A DNA stretch of 63,921 bases, counting the filler, from Rhabdomonas costata (Eukaryota): assembly GCA_019059605.1 (NCBI GenBank). It is 58 parts of 58 records of this genome, joined end to end, with 100 filler letters (N's around TTAATTAATTAA, not from the genome) between each part and the next. Parts side by side here need not be neighbours in the genome. Positions count along the whole stretch, not along the records: positions 24,286 to 25,289 come from JAHMHO010034203.1; positions 25,390 to 26,393 come from JAHMHO010034204.1; positions 26,494 to 27,497 come from JAHMHO010034205.1; positions 27,598 to 28,601 come from JAHMHO010034206.1; positions 28,702 to 29,705 come from JAHMHO010034207.1; positions 29,806 to 30,809 come from JAHMHO010034208.1; positions 30,910 to 31,913 come from JAHMHO010034209.1; positions 32,014 to 33,017 come from JAHMHO010034210.1; 50 more parts are not named here. One strand, given 5' to 3'. Every line of letters begins with the position of its first letter. Positions within the stretch are counted from its first letter, which is position 1. The notes beneath the pieces are model-generated. The model did no database searches and had not been told where the DNA came from. It saw nothing but the letters and a program-made list of their open reading frames with translations. Positions 24,510-37,426 of this stretch are shown piece after piece. The translations under genes were made by a program, and so were the position numbers.

Positions 24510-26117
24510 CTGCGAGACAGATTCAAACAGTTCCAGCAATTCAAACATGCATCCATTCTATACCTCCCTGTCGGCGGGTTCACCGTTGTTTGCATACCCG
24601 TAAACTCAGAACTACGCGTCCCGTTTTCGCAGGCTTTATGCGTTTCCAGCGCAAACAAACGTACCCCGCTGGCCAGGGAATACCGAATATCTGACACGCG
24701 GTTTTTGGCATCATACAAGATGACTGAATTTTTGAGAGAGAGAGAGAGAGAGAAAGAGAAATGAAAAGGGCCAATTTGTACTATTGCATGTTAAAATGGC
24801 GGGGTGAATCACCCGACCTTACAATACACTGAAGGCGGTGGCATTACTACAGAGGACCGACAACTCCAGCTTGAAATGTGTCATGTATGTCACATTTGTT
24901 TCTCTGACTAATTTTCTTTTTTGTGTGTGTGTGCGGGGGGCTTCAAAGAAACACGGATCCATACAAGCACAGAGTCTTCTATACCTTTCTCTATCTCAAA
25001 TGCAAGGTCCAAGGTCGAGGGCTTCCCTCAAGCTCACTCATCAGATGTAGAGCCATGACTTGACACAACCCGAAAACTGCGTGTATCTATCTCCTTTGTG
25101 CCACCTCCACATTTCAATGAGCTATTGGCACATTATCTCTATCAGTCGATGGGATATAACCCCAAGTTTGCGTGGCACGTCTCACAGTCTCAATCTCTCT
25201 CTTAGAGTGAAAAATGTTAAAATGCGCTGGGGGAAGCGCGAAGCTACTCGGCCCACTCGCTGTTTGTTCTCATTTATTCTCTCTGTTTCNNNNNNNNNNN
25301 NNNNNNNNNNNNNNNNNNNNNNNNNNNNNNNNNTTAATTAATTAANNNNNNNNNNNNNNNNNNNNNNNNNNNNNNNNNNNNNNNNNNNNTTTGTATGTTT
25401 TTTCAAGTCACGTTAGTAAAGCTTTTGCGCGGAAATTGGATTGCAGCAGTTTTTTATGAAAATTGTTTGCAACAAGTTTAACATCCTTTGTTTCAAAGCC
25501 CGCCGAGTATATGCGTCCACCACAATATCTTGTTCTTTTTATCTGTATGTGGCGTCTGGTACGTCGGTCCGCGAGAGAGCCTCTTTTTAGAGTTTGTGAG
25601 AACTCGAACCACCGATCTGACACTGATGACGCCGTTTAAATTGCAAATCCCCGCCTGAAGGCTGGTTCAGTTACCCTTTGGTCGCGCCCTCTTGTTGCTA
25701 TGTGATTGCATCACCCAGGGATGAAAAGTGTGCTCGAAAAAATGATAAGTTGTCTGAGTAATTTTTCATGCCTTTGCTTCATCCCGATCGTGGTAGGTCT
25801 CGGCACTGTACTGAGCACCCCAGTGGAGTTGAGCTGTGACGAGAGGGGTCATTTTGTTAAGGGCCTAGATTCTGCCCCGCGGTTCGGTTATGCCCCTGAC
25901 ATTACAAGCTTGCTCAGTAGTTCACTGTCAAACCTGTCACGATGTTTTCGTGAACTGTAATCTGACTGGATTAGGGGTAAAAGCAGAACCCCAAAATGAA
26001 TGCCCAAAGCAGCTCTGCTCGAAGGAAATGCCAGCTGCTTAATGGGCACATGGCAAGGAAGCAAAGCCACTGGAACCCCCCGCCCCCGCCTCGCTCAATA
26101 GGTTTGGTTGGGGCAAG

Positions 26118-26369
26118 TCATCGGCCTGGGCACGCCCCAGCTCAGCCTGGTGTCGGTCAACTTCAGCGGAGTAGCCTCGGCCTTCGTGTTTCCGGACTGC
26201 GGGGTGGTGTTCCTGCCGTACCTCACCCTCTCCACCAGTTCGGTGTCCCTCATTGGGATCATCGCCGCGGTGGTGGGCTGTGTGGGGGCCATCGGGCTTG
26301 CCTCGGGGCTGGCCGCGTGGAAGATCTCTGCGAACTACCGCAAGCTGCGCAAGCTTCATTCCAACGAGG
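26118..26369 (+). CDS. Exon of a single-pass membrane protein (TM helix plus basic stop-transfer segment)
   Basis: LIGIIAAVVGCVGAIGLASGLAAWKISANYRKLRKLHSNE; GC3-rich codons; donor GTCAGG. Confidence 0.6.
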
Positions 26370-26715
26370 TCAGGGCGAACCATCCTCTCAACANNNNNNN
26401 NNNNNNNNNNNNNNNNNNNNNNNNNNNNNNNNNNNNNTTAATTAATTAANNNNNNNNNNNNNNNNNNNNNNNNNNNNNNNNNNNNNNNNNNNNGGGGGGT
26501 TGTCGCTCAGCGAATAGGGCGAGGTTTTGGGCCGAAGTAAGTGGTCCATCCCCCCCACCCCAACGATTGGTGAGCTTCCGGAGGTCGGCTGAAGAGGCTA
26601 GAAAGGCCCAACTGGTAGAACCTCACTCCTACTTACCCACACAATTGCCGGCAAGGCAATGATGAAGCACACCACAACCCTACTCGACCACAAGTGCGCC
26701 AATGCACCCGCACAC

Positions 26716-27497
26716 CCCGTGGTTGGGGACTGACTGCAGGTGCAGCCTGTGTAGCTGCATGTGCCGTGGCCGTCACAGACGGTGCTGTTGCACAGGCACC
26801 CCACAGCCGCCGTGCCGTAGGCCCCGGTGCTGGGCACAGGGCTGTAGCCCGTGGCACATTGCCCGCAGTCCTGCCGGGTGGCTCCAGAGCCTGTGGAAGA
26901 GAGCAGAGAACTAACGTATCAATTGCTCCATGGCGCCACACAGCCGTAGTCAGGCGGATTTTTGGGGGGCACTGGGGCACGAACATTTCAAATAGAGCAA
27001 TTAAAACCCGAAGTTTTTTCACGCTTGCTTGGGGTCGGGATTGGCATGGCGTTGCATTTTAAATGCTCGCATACGATTTTGAAAAACTCCTGGTTTGGAA
27101 GCCGCAGTGGGAGGCCGGGCCCCATTCGGTTGAAAATGCACGTTTGCTCAGGGTGACATTGCAGCCTAATGTCGGGGAGGGGAGGTAGTCCTCCACCATT
27201 CGGCAGTACCGAATGCCAGTCGCAGCGGCCACCTTGCGAAGGAGCGATACTCCCGAGCGAGGTCATCCCGCACAACACGGTAGGAGGGAGGGGGTGTATC
27301 TGTCTGAAGTAGCCTCCCTCGGTCATTCAGACTCAGTAATTTATTTTAATACCCTTGGGGTAAGGGAGGGAGCATCTGCATACCAGCATTGGCCCAGTGC
27401 CCGCGCTGATCGTCAACGTAACACAGGCACCCCAGGTTGTCGTCGCACGTGCCGTGCCCCGAGCAGGTCAGCCCATTGTCCATCTTGCACAAACACC
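26716..27497 (-). CDS. EGF/laminin-tenascin-like Cys-rich surface protein, exons 27497-27384 and 26890-26716
   Basis: CLCKMDNGLTCSGHGTCDDNLGCLC...GHW|..DCGQCATGY...CLCNSTVCDGHGTCSYTGCTC, joined by a phase-1 GT-AG intron. Confidence 0.85.
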
Positions 27498-27723
27498 NNN
27501 NNNNNNNNNNNNNNNNNNNNNNNNNNNNNNNNNNNNNNNNNTTAATTAATTAANNNNNNNNNNNNNNNNNNNNNNNNNNNNNNNNNNNNNNNNNNNNGGG
27601 GTGTTGGTTTTCGCCTCTAGTACTTGGTGCGTCGTTGCTGGTTTTCCTGCGGTCACACCATTAACAGCTCGTGAATAATCGAATCACATTGCTGACATGC
27701 AATGCCGATACGTTTTCCATCAG

Positions 27724-27897
27724 GTAGACGTGACCCAGATTAACTTCGCGGAGTTGGCTCGTGCTGGGCAGCTTACCTCTCTCACCATCGCCGAGTTGAA
27801 GGCATATTGCGAAGGAAACTCGCTCAGGCTCAGCGGACGAAAGGCGGAGCTGGTGGAGCGGATTGAGGAGCATCTCAGGAAGCAGAACAAGCTCTGA
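27724..27897 (+). CDS. Terminal exon encoding a SAP domain, Ku70 C-terminus-like
   Basis: INFAELARAGQLTSLTIAELKAYCEGNSLRLSGRKAELVERIEEHL* resembles the recalled plant Ku70 tail IDYIELAKTGKLKDLTVVELKTYL...SGKKEVLINRILTH. Confidence 0.75.
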   Translation, partial: VDVTQINFAELARAGQLTSLTIAELKAYCEGNSLRLSGRKAELVERIEEHLRKQNKL

Positions 27898-30800
27898 GTG
27901 GTCCGATTCAGTGACAATGGGCTTATGACTGCCTTTCCCAAAATCAACCGTGCAATGTGGCATTTCTCGTATCGTTAGCCTTCACATTGTCGTGATACCA
28001 GTCACACGCTTGCTTTTTTTTGCTGGTCATGAACCCAGCAATTTCGTTATGTTTCCGTCTTTATGTTGATTGCAAAAAGTCCTGCGTGTGCCTCTGGTTG
28101 TTTTTGTCGATAATATGGCGGCAGTAAACGAACAGGCAAACTAAAACAAGAGTGCTGTGAACCAACCTTACCCTTAACCTTACCTTTGACCAACTGTGCC
28201 CTATGAAGGTGAATGGAAGGACATCCAAATCGGGCATGTTGTCTTTCTTGTGCCCTGGCGTGAAACGGACACCCGGAAGAAAACCCGGCGTTGGATGATA
28301 ACAACATTGGAATTTGCAGCGACCAAAAGGAACGCGAAACAGATGTGATCGAGAGGTTCTCCTTAATTGAAGTGTGTGGTTTAAGTTCTTTTGGCACTTT
28401 TGGAACAGATATTGGAAGAGGAAAAGGGTAGCTTACAGAAATAAACACGAGCCGTTAGTGGAACCCCAGGATCACCATCGTCTCTCGGCCTTGCGCTTCT
28501 CCTTGGACCCTTTGTTTTGAAGGGTAACTTCGTTTGCGACGGCGCGGCGCACTGTGGGTTATTCCTTTCGTGGCATCCTTACCGTTTGTATTTTCCGTTC
28601 TNNNNNNNNNNNNNNNNNNNNNNNNNNNNNNNNNNNNNNNNNNNNTTAATTAATTAANNNNNNNNNNNNNNNNNNNNNNNNNNNNNNNNNNNNNNNNNNN
28701 NGGGTTGGGGCCTTAATGCCCTAGGCACTCAGCCGTTGCTTGATGAGCCCTCTGGGGAGGATCCTCCGCAGGTCCAGCTGGCTTGCCCACGGTGGCGGCT
28801 TGTCCTGCCTTCAGACGCTCCAGGCGCACTTGCTTCGTCTGCAAAGAGGGTGGAGCCCTGGACTCGTTTGCGGCTTTGGTGGCACCCGGGAGTGGTCAGT
28901 TCAACTGCTCTCTAGCAACACCAGCCCGACCGGAAAAGCCATTCCACATCACATTCCGCTTCCGCCACCAGGCAATGTCATTACATTACACCACCTGGGG
29001 ATCCACACCCACACGTTTTGGTGAAAGGTTGGTTAGTGATTTACCCTTACACTGGATGCAAGGATTCAACCTCATGTGTCGCGGAACCACTCTCTAAGGC
29101 ACGAACTGCTACCTGCGCCGCCTACGAAATACCACCTTTGGTAGCTCTCCGAGTGTACCGAGCGGAGACCCCAAGGCAACCAATCGATCGACCACGAGTC
29201 ATCCGCACCGCAACCCTGCAGTGCCATGGGACCCCTGACCAAAGACGAACATCTTCCAATTATGAAGCGCTGCAACACAAGGTGGGCTGACCCAGCATGA
29301 CTGGTTTGAAAGCCATTCAAATTCTTATCATCACGGCTTGCGATTTGTATTCGGATATTCCAACAACCAGTGATGGCCAAAGAACGGGAAACAGGAGTTC
29401 CACACGTCCAGCGAAAATTCGTTCTCTCACCCTCAACTCTGAGATTTTTGTTCACAGAGCGAAATAGTTCAGGCACAACTTTTACAAGTGAGTGGCAATT
29501 AGAGCCTATTCCAACCGCGCAACAAACAAGTACGAGACACTGCAGCAAGTCAAAGCACACAGCCATACACACATGCACATACAAGCACAGCAGAGCGGTG
29601 GTTGGGGAATCCGGCAGTGTCCTCAGACTGCAGTATTAACACTGCCTCCGCACTGGACAACCGAAGCAGCGGCAAGGAAAGGGAGCACCCCCACCCACAC
29701 CCACCNNNNNNNNNNNNNNNNNNNNNNNNNNNNNNNNNNNNNNNNNNNNTTAATTAATTAANNNNNNNNNNNNNNNNNNNNNNNNNNNNNNNNNNNNNNN
29801 NNNNNGTTGTGGGGTATTGTACGCTACGATTGTTGCCTTCTGCTTGCGTTCATGGCATGTTTTAGGTGTGTGGATTGTGTGTTGTTGATTAGCCTCCTCG
29901 GCCATTTAGGAAGGTTTATAGCGGACGTTGGCAGTGGTATATGTTAGCATGGAGTGTCCTCATGGATCTGTTTGGTTCTCTTTTTGTTGTTAAATCTTTC
30001 TTCTCCTTCCGAACGAACTGCTTCTTATGGTGTGCTCCAAACTGTTGTTGCAAGCTGCTTCTGCCGCTGTTCTTCCACACCTTCACACCTTCACAGGTAT
30101 GTCCACTCCTTCTCAGGTACCTGCAGGTGCATGCAATACTCCACCACACAGCTCTTTCTTTCAAAATTGCGAGAGTATCGTGAAAATGGCTCGTGATCCC
30201 GAAATTTTATATGCGTTGATAAGGCAGTTCGTCAGTCCAAAAAAATCCCGTGAAGCACATTTACATCATGGTTTAATCAAATTATTATAACAAGTATTTT
30301 ATCAGGTGCCAATGCTGAGTGTCGTGAATTGCACCTTACCGCCTTTTCGTCGCTGTCGTGATGGTCTTTTGCTTAATCAGCCTAAAAACTTGGGGGTAAC
30401 TGGTGGTCGATGTTCCTTGTCAAATGGTTTTGTGTGCACGTGTTGTGGCCTCAGGTCCGCCGCCACAACAACTGCGGTTGACGACCCTTTGTTTGTTTCC
30501 TGTGACGCAGGGGTCGTGCAGCCCAAACCTAGAGAACCGTCCATATGCGTGGCCATTAATAAACACCATTTCTCACGGGATACGGGATCCCCTTTTCAGC
30601 CTTTCTCCTGCGCTTTTCTTTATTTTTTTTTTGCTTCTCGTCGGCTTTTTGTGCTGTGGATACTTTTTCTGCTCCCGTTTTTTTCTGCTCTCCAAGAGTT
30701 TCGACTCGACCTGTCTCTACCCTTGTCATTGTGTCGAGACACCCCACCCTCCTAGCACTGCGTTTCCAGCCCAGCGAGCAAGAATGACAGAAGTTTCCCC

Positions 30801-30913
30801 CACCAACACNNNNNNNNNNNNNNNNNNNNNNNNNNNNNNNNNNNNNNNNNNNNTTAATTAATTAANNNNNNNNNNNNNNNNNNNNNNNNNNNNNNNNNNN
30901 NNNNNNNNNGTGG

Positions 30914-31055
30914 TTTGTGAAAGTCGTCACTGTCTGAACAAAAGAAAACTGTTACGCGCTTACGGGGTCTTTTTTCAAATCACTTTTGAAGTGAAAAAAG
31001 ACCCCGTAAGCGCGTAACAGTTTTCTTTTGTTCAGACAGTGACGACTTTCACAAA
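30914..31055. repeat. Contig-terminal inverted repeat, 64-bp arms (30914-30977 / 30992-31055)
   Basis: Perfect reverse-complement arms around a 14-nt loop. Confidence 0.92.
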
Positions 31056-32077
31056 AAGCGAACTTGAGCCTCGCCGTGGCGCAACTACAGCAACCAATAC
31101 CTCTGTTTGACACTAATTCTGAGCCCAAAAGGAACGGGGCTGATCACAGCCATATCTGGCCACTGTTATCCGGTTCGGATGGCCCTGTATGAAGTGAAGC
31201 GTAGAGCAGGGAGGGAGAGGGCAGGCAGGCAACCTTGTTAACGCCCCAGTCAGCGGATTTCCGCCCCGCGGTCTTCCACTTACCTCCACAGACTCGGCAG
31301 CGGAAGTATTCGAAGCCCTGTTACAAAGGCACACAGTGTCTGTGTGTGCTCGTGGAGATATATGCCGTGAGGAAGGGAGCCACACAAGAAGGCATTTATG
31401 CAGAGACAACACAGGCGCACACAGACAGAAGGAGCGCATACAAAAACACACCCGCTTTCCGCGCACACGCTGCCACGCCGTGGAGTGCTCACAGGTGGGG
31501 GCGCTGGGGTACGGGGCCCCCCGGGGGACCCTCCTCCTCTCTCTTTCTGAAGAACCATTCTGGATATTGTCATTCGTTACTTCGGCGCTGATGGAGGAGC
31601 CCTGAGTGGTGGAGCTAGTGAGGGACTCAGGAGCTCCGGAGGAGAAGACGGGGGCCGGGGTCTTCGCAAGACCCACTGTGCACGTAAACTCAGGGATTTC
31701 GTGCATGGACAGCAGGTCCTAGTTGAAATACAAAAACCGAGTCCAAGGTTCAAGTTCGACCGAACCCAGCATCCCACCGAAAAGAAATCATTCCGAGCAG
31801 GTCAGCATTACTCGCGAGACATTCGTGTTCATTAAACAAACATCTTAGAAAGAAGCAGAGAAGCACTCCAAACCCCTTACCCTCAAACCCTTACCCTTAC
31901 CCCCAAAAGTAACNNNNNNNNNNNNNNNNNNNNNNNNNNNNNNNNNNNNNNNNNNNNTTAATTAATTAANNNNNNNNNNNNNNNNNNNNNNNNNNNNNNN
32001 NNNNNNNNNNNNNGTGGGTGGGGACATAGGCGTCCAGTCTCGGCTTCCCTTCACCATTTCCCTTCACCACGTTCCAG

Positions 32078-32277
32078 GGGGATGGCTACTTCGAGACGCA
32101 GCTCACCCTGGCCTGCAAGGAGGGCACGAACCTCTGCGTGAGCTCGACGATGATTCAGACACTTACTTCCACGGCAGAAATCTGGAGGCAGGGCCTGCAG
32201 GACGCCCTCTCCAGCGGGTCTGGAGCCGCGGCCACCACCAACACTAACACCACGTCGGAGACCTCGAAGCAGAGCAG
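32078..32277 (+). CDS. Exon of an unknown protein, possibly VPS13-like
   Basis: DGYFETQLTLACKEGTNLCVSSTMIQTLTSTAEIWRQ...KQSR with CAG/GT borders. The family guess is weak. Confidence 0.4.
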
Positions 32278-35200
32278 GTCCTTTCCTTTCGAGAGCACAG
32301 CCTTTCTGACCTTAGGCGAGGCGTAAGGTGGGAAGACGGTTTCAGGAGATGTTACTGGCGAACGGGTGGCGAGTTGGGGGGGTGCGTTGGAGCGTGTTCC
32401 AAACCATAAAAAATGCTCCTTTTTCGAATACTTCGAAAACTTCCAGGGAGCGCTGTTCAGCGGTTGAGACGGTTGCTGAATGGATTTCGCGCAGAGGTTT
32501 TGTGGTAGGTCCTGGATGCGATGCTTGCCATAGGGATTGAAACGCCCTTTTTATAAGGTTTGAATAAGTTTGCCCTTTCTCCTGACCCAGTCCCAGTTCA
32601 AGGAAGGGAAGGAAGGGAATCACTTCTTTGAAAATTACTTTTGGATTGGGTTGTGATGGATTGGATCAAATGGTGAGCTCAAATGTCGCCTGTTTTCCAG
32701 GACCAGCCAGCGGTTCCGACCCAGCCTCAATTACATGCGGTTCACTTTGTGTAGCCCAGAAACCACTAAACAAGGTCAGAAGTGATCCGTAGGGACTGGT
32801 TGAATGATCTAAATTAAGTACTCGTATACATTTTTTCTCTAGTTTATTCGTGTGTCTATCAGCCGGTAATTTATCACTATGTCAGAACTCTCATCGTTTA
32901 CACTGATTTTCTATTGTTACACCATACTTACCCTTTCATGCGGTGTTTTCGTCGCCACGTCAGCAGAGTTTCCTTTTTCAAGAGTTGTGTATGCCTGTGC
33001 CCTTTTTCAGCGTGGCTNNNNNNNNNNNNNNNNNNNNNNNNNNNNNNNNNNNNNNNNNNNNTTAATTAATTAANNNNNNNNNNNNNNNNNNNNNNNNNNN
33101 NNNNNNNNNNNNNNNNNGTGGGGTTGATGTACCAGACCCCGCAGCTTGCAGCTCGCAAGAAACATGCCTGCGGCGGAGATCGCCAAGCGTGTCGCCCTGC
33201 TGTGGCCTTTCAAAAGTCAATCACTGCGGCTATATATCCTATAACAGCAGTGAGAGAAGAACGAAACTCCCTTTCCGAGCCCTATTCAGTCCCGTTGAAA
33301 GATCGATCTCTGTATTGCTAAGAACGAATGCTTGAGAAAAAAGGCTTGGGTTCGGAGAAGGCACTATCACTGGACCATGAGACGTGGGCAAAGGTGACGC
33401 ATTGCACAGTCTCCTAGCCACGGCGGGTTCCATTCGGTTCAAATTCCAGAAAAAGCAGATAGCACATAAGTGCAGACAAAAATGAACAAGGCACCGCGAA
33501 CCATATAAGGGCAGCTCAGCCTGACGAGGGAGTAGTACACTGCCAGCGCTAGCTTCGCGCTGAACAGGTTACAAAGCGAAAGGCATGTCACCACAGCGCT
33601 GAAGCGCCACAGTAGCGGGCTCCTATTCAAACCCAAACACGCCCAACAAAGAGAGAGCGAGAGAGAGAGCGGAACACAAGGAGAAGGACACATATGCCTC
33701 CAGTAATACTCAGAATGCGGATGTTCACGGGGCATTCAGTTAAAACAGAACCGAGTGGAAGAATTGGCACGCACAGAGATTTCTAAAAAAACGTTCAAGA
33801 GGGGTTCAGGGGTTTGCGATGGCGCCGTTGGTGTGGGTCGTTGGTCGGTTTCAGAGGTCGAGCCGCAGGAATTTCTGCGGAAAAAGTTCCGCAGAAAGCA
33901 GAAGCCGGGCAACACACACACGCACACACACATCGGGATCGGGAGATACGATATTACGGACCCCAGGCAATCCTCCGGATCCTCCGGAGCCCACACACAA
34001 TAATTGCACCACACACATTCACATACACACAAAAACGTAATGCGCCTGGCAAAGGGTAAATATAATCTCGGAAGGACTCGGAAGGACTCGAGGGTTCTAG
34101 TTCGGCTATGGCAACCCCCCCNNNNNNNNNNNNNNNNNNNNNNNNNNNNNNNNNNNNNNNNNNNNTTAATTAATTAANNNNNNNNNNNNNNNNNNNNNNN
34201 NNNNNNNNNNNNNNNNNNNNNGGGGGTTTTTGCACTATCTCTCCTGCGGCACCATGTGAGGTGCACCTTGTAGTATCGGGTGTTCAGAAGTGACTTTGAA
34301 TGCTTTGAATCATTGGTTCCTGTGTTCTGGGCTCTACGTGATTCCACGGGAGCTCTCTTGCACTCTGCTGCTTTCGTGCGGTTGCGCGCGGCAGCGCAGT
34401 GTGCGATGTGAGTGAGTTTTGACTTGTGTTTGATTCTTCGGTGTGTTCTGCTGCTGCTGCTCCTGTCTTGTTCTGCTTTGTGTAATGTCTTTGTCGTGTG
34501 TGTTCGCGAACCGCGGCTTGACTGTCAGAGCCACTGAGTGAATCAGACATGGCAGTTCCTCAAAGCGGATTGGTTGCTACAGGATGTGCACGGACACTTG
34601 ATATTTCCGGCCTGGTGTCATGCGCGAAAAAAAAACTGGAGTATCACGAAGGACGATCGTGAGCAGAGTCCCATCAGAATTGTGTTCACCAAGTGCTGGT
34701 AAGAAAATACAGGGGAGCTGTTTAGCAAGTAGGGTCAAAAGCAGCAATGCAAAAGGGGTGGAAAACTTCCGGGGAGAATCGGGCACGAGCACTTAAAAAA
34801 AGGAGCCTGCCCGCGACAGCGAAGCCGAAGAAGACGACGTGAAGACTACGTGCAGCCACGATTTTTCGATAATGATTTTAGGGCCCATACCACATTATGG
34901 CCTGAATGCTTGCGCATCATAAAGGTCCTGAAATTCAAAAAATCCCGCCGTCGGTCGTTTCGAATCGATCCTCCCGACATACCGAAGAACTTCCCTTTTC
35001 AAACGCGGACACGCGCCATCGATCATGATAGCCGCCGGGGCTCGACACCTTGGTTGTCAGAAAAAGTTGGGAAATGTTCTGCCCACGTATTCTTCCACCA
35101 CTGCCGGCGGCGCAAACGACAAAGCTCGATTTGAATGTGCCCTTTTCGGACCATAATGCTACCGGTAGTTTGAAACCTCCATTGTGTTGCGTCTAAAAAA

Positions 35201-35827
35201 AAATATGATTCTTCCACAAACACAANNNNNNNNNNNNNNNNNNNNNNNNNNNNNNNNNNNNNNNNNNNNTTAATTAATTAANNNNNNNNNNNNNNNNNNN
35301 NNNNNNNNNNNNNNNNNNNNNNNNNGTTGGGGGGTGGGTCGTTCATCCCTTTGATGAAGGAAGTTGCTGTCGACATTCGAGTCAGGGGTTTCGTTTTCGA
35401 ATTTAAGTATAGTTAGCTGCGTGCCCAAGCTGTATAGTTTGCCCCCATCTTGTTGCTCTCTTGGGAGATTTTTGACTGTGCTGTGTGTGAAAGTTTGAAC
35501 TCTGCTACGCCTTCCTGGAAACCTGTTCGGTCTCTTCCAACGGGTTTATCTCAATTCGTACCACAGGCATGTAACTGTCCGGCCTTTGGCCGAACGGTTT
35601 TCAGGTGATACTTTCTGTTGCGCTTCCTCGCAGTGCTGTGTGTTTTTACGTGTTATTTAGCACGAAAATGGAACAGTTTCCCCTTGTCTGTTCTCTGGCT
35701 TCACATACACTTGTGCAACACCTACCCTTTTCGTCTCATATCATATCATCAACGCGTCTTCATGCCAGTGTGCTTCCTCCACCTGCACCCCACTGTCGCC
35801 TCTCTTGCTCTCCTCCTTTACCTAAAG

Positions 35828-36248
35828 GTCGTGAACCTGGCCAGCCGTATGGAGTCCACCGGGCTTCCCGGCCAGGTCCAGGTCTCCTACGACACCTCGG
35901 AGCTGCTGCGGCCACACTACGAGTGCATGTATCGGGACACCCTTCCTTTGAAGGGGGTGGGCTCGTGCCGCACCTATCTTGTGGTGCAGCGGACCTCCAG
36001 TGCTTACCCCACGGCTGTCTTGGAACCCTTTGCCGTGGAAGGAGCGGGTGACGGGTCACTGCTGCCGCAGGCTCGGAGCCTTCCGCCCCCGTCGCCTCGG
36101 CTACGGGATGACTTCGCGGACCACGCTGAGGTCAGCACCGACAAGTTGTTCATGGAACCAACCTCTCCGCTGCGAAGCCAGTCATGCTGCACCCGGGTCG
36201 GCCTGGGCACCACTGAGATGAAAGGAAGTCCTTGCAGACCAGACCCTG
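35828..36248 (+). CDS. Class III adenylate/guanylate cyclase catalytic domain, C-terminal exon
   Basis: VNLASRMESTGLPGQVQVS..T..LL....C..R..LPLKGVG...TYLV, with the catalytic NxxxR intact. Confidence 0.9.
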
Positions 36249-36733
36249 GTGAATATATGTGTCCACTCTCCCCTGATGGTTGCTTCAAAATGACCTGGCT
36301 CTCTGTCTCTGTTAAAAACCACCCACNNNNNNNNNNNNNNNNNNNNNNNNNNNNNNNNNNNNNNNNNNNNTTAATTAATTAANNNNNNNNNNNNNNNNNN
36401 NNNNNNNNNNNNNNNNNNNNNNNNNNGGGTGTGGTGGACCCAAAAGGCAGCAAGGTATGGAGCGGTGTCGAAGGGACTACTGGGTCGAAGACGTGATTCT
36501 TTCGGGCGATTCCGTGATAGTTTTGATCTTTGAATTGTGAATTCTGTGGCTGGCTGTTTGCGGAAAAGGGTACGTAAATGTCCGGTTTAAGCCCAGCCAC
36601 GTGTTGTGGCGCAGTGTAACTTACCTTAACGTACCTTTACCTTCTGTTTCTATCCTATAAATCCAAAGTTACGAATGAGGAAAGGTACCCAGGTACAAAC
36701 CAAAATGAAATGGGGCCAAGGTCTGGAGCTCAC

Positions 36734-37128
36734 CTTTGCTGTGGGAAAGGAAACCATGGGGGTGCACACGCAACGCCAATACCAGTCGATCTCGCTCCAC
36801 CGCCAGATGTACGTCAGCTTGGGCCACTCGTTGGGCGGAGGACGGGGCGAGAACGTGAAGAACCCAGTCACCACAGCCTCTCGCCGGTAGTTCGGAAGGG
36901 CCTGAGAAAGAACGGTGGAGCATAGCCATGCGAAAACCACACCGAACCTCCCCATACTCTCCCCATTCCGTGCAACAAAACCGACAACAAAACCACATGT
37001 GAAGAACAGCCTACAATCTTCTTCTGCAGCGTGGCACACGAAAAATGCACGGAAAAAGTCAAGCGAAAACCTCACCTCGAAAACGTAGTAGCCGTAGCCA
37101 AAGGACCGGCGGGAGTCCACCTGGTTCC
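36734..37128 (-). CDS. Glycoside hydrolase family 16-like protein, exons 37128-37076 and 36901-36734 (or -36755)
   Basis: Spliced GNQVDSRRSFGYGYYVFE|ALPNYRREAVVTGFFTFS...WSEIDWYW follows the GH16 pattern S...FGYG.Y...VV.GFFT...W.EID. Confidence 0.6.
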
Positions 37129-37341
37129 CTGATCCAGCAAAAAGCAAAGCAAAGCCGCATACATCACGGAGAGCACACGGCAGCGGAGTGTAGTGAACAT
37201 AGCTGGAGCAAAGCCGCTCATTCGGGGCACCCCAAACATAAGGGACACACGACACATGACACACGGGCTCAAGCAATTACAGCACACAAGCGCTGTAATA
37301 CGCACGAAAGTAGTTGGCCCAATGAAAATTTTGTTGGGGAA

Positions 37342-37426
37342 GGGAGGGGAAACCGAAAACTGGCTCGATTTTTTATTTGTTAAATTAACAAAAAAAACAT
37401 CGAGCCAGTTTTCGGTTTCCCCTCCC
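37342..37426. repeat. Contig-terminal near-perfect palindrome
   Basis: Perfect 28-bp arms (37342-37369 / 37399-37426) around a quasi-palindromic T/A core. Confidence 0.85.
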
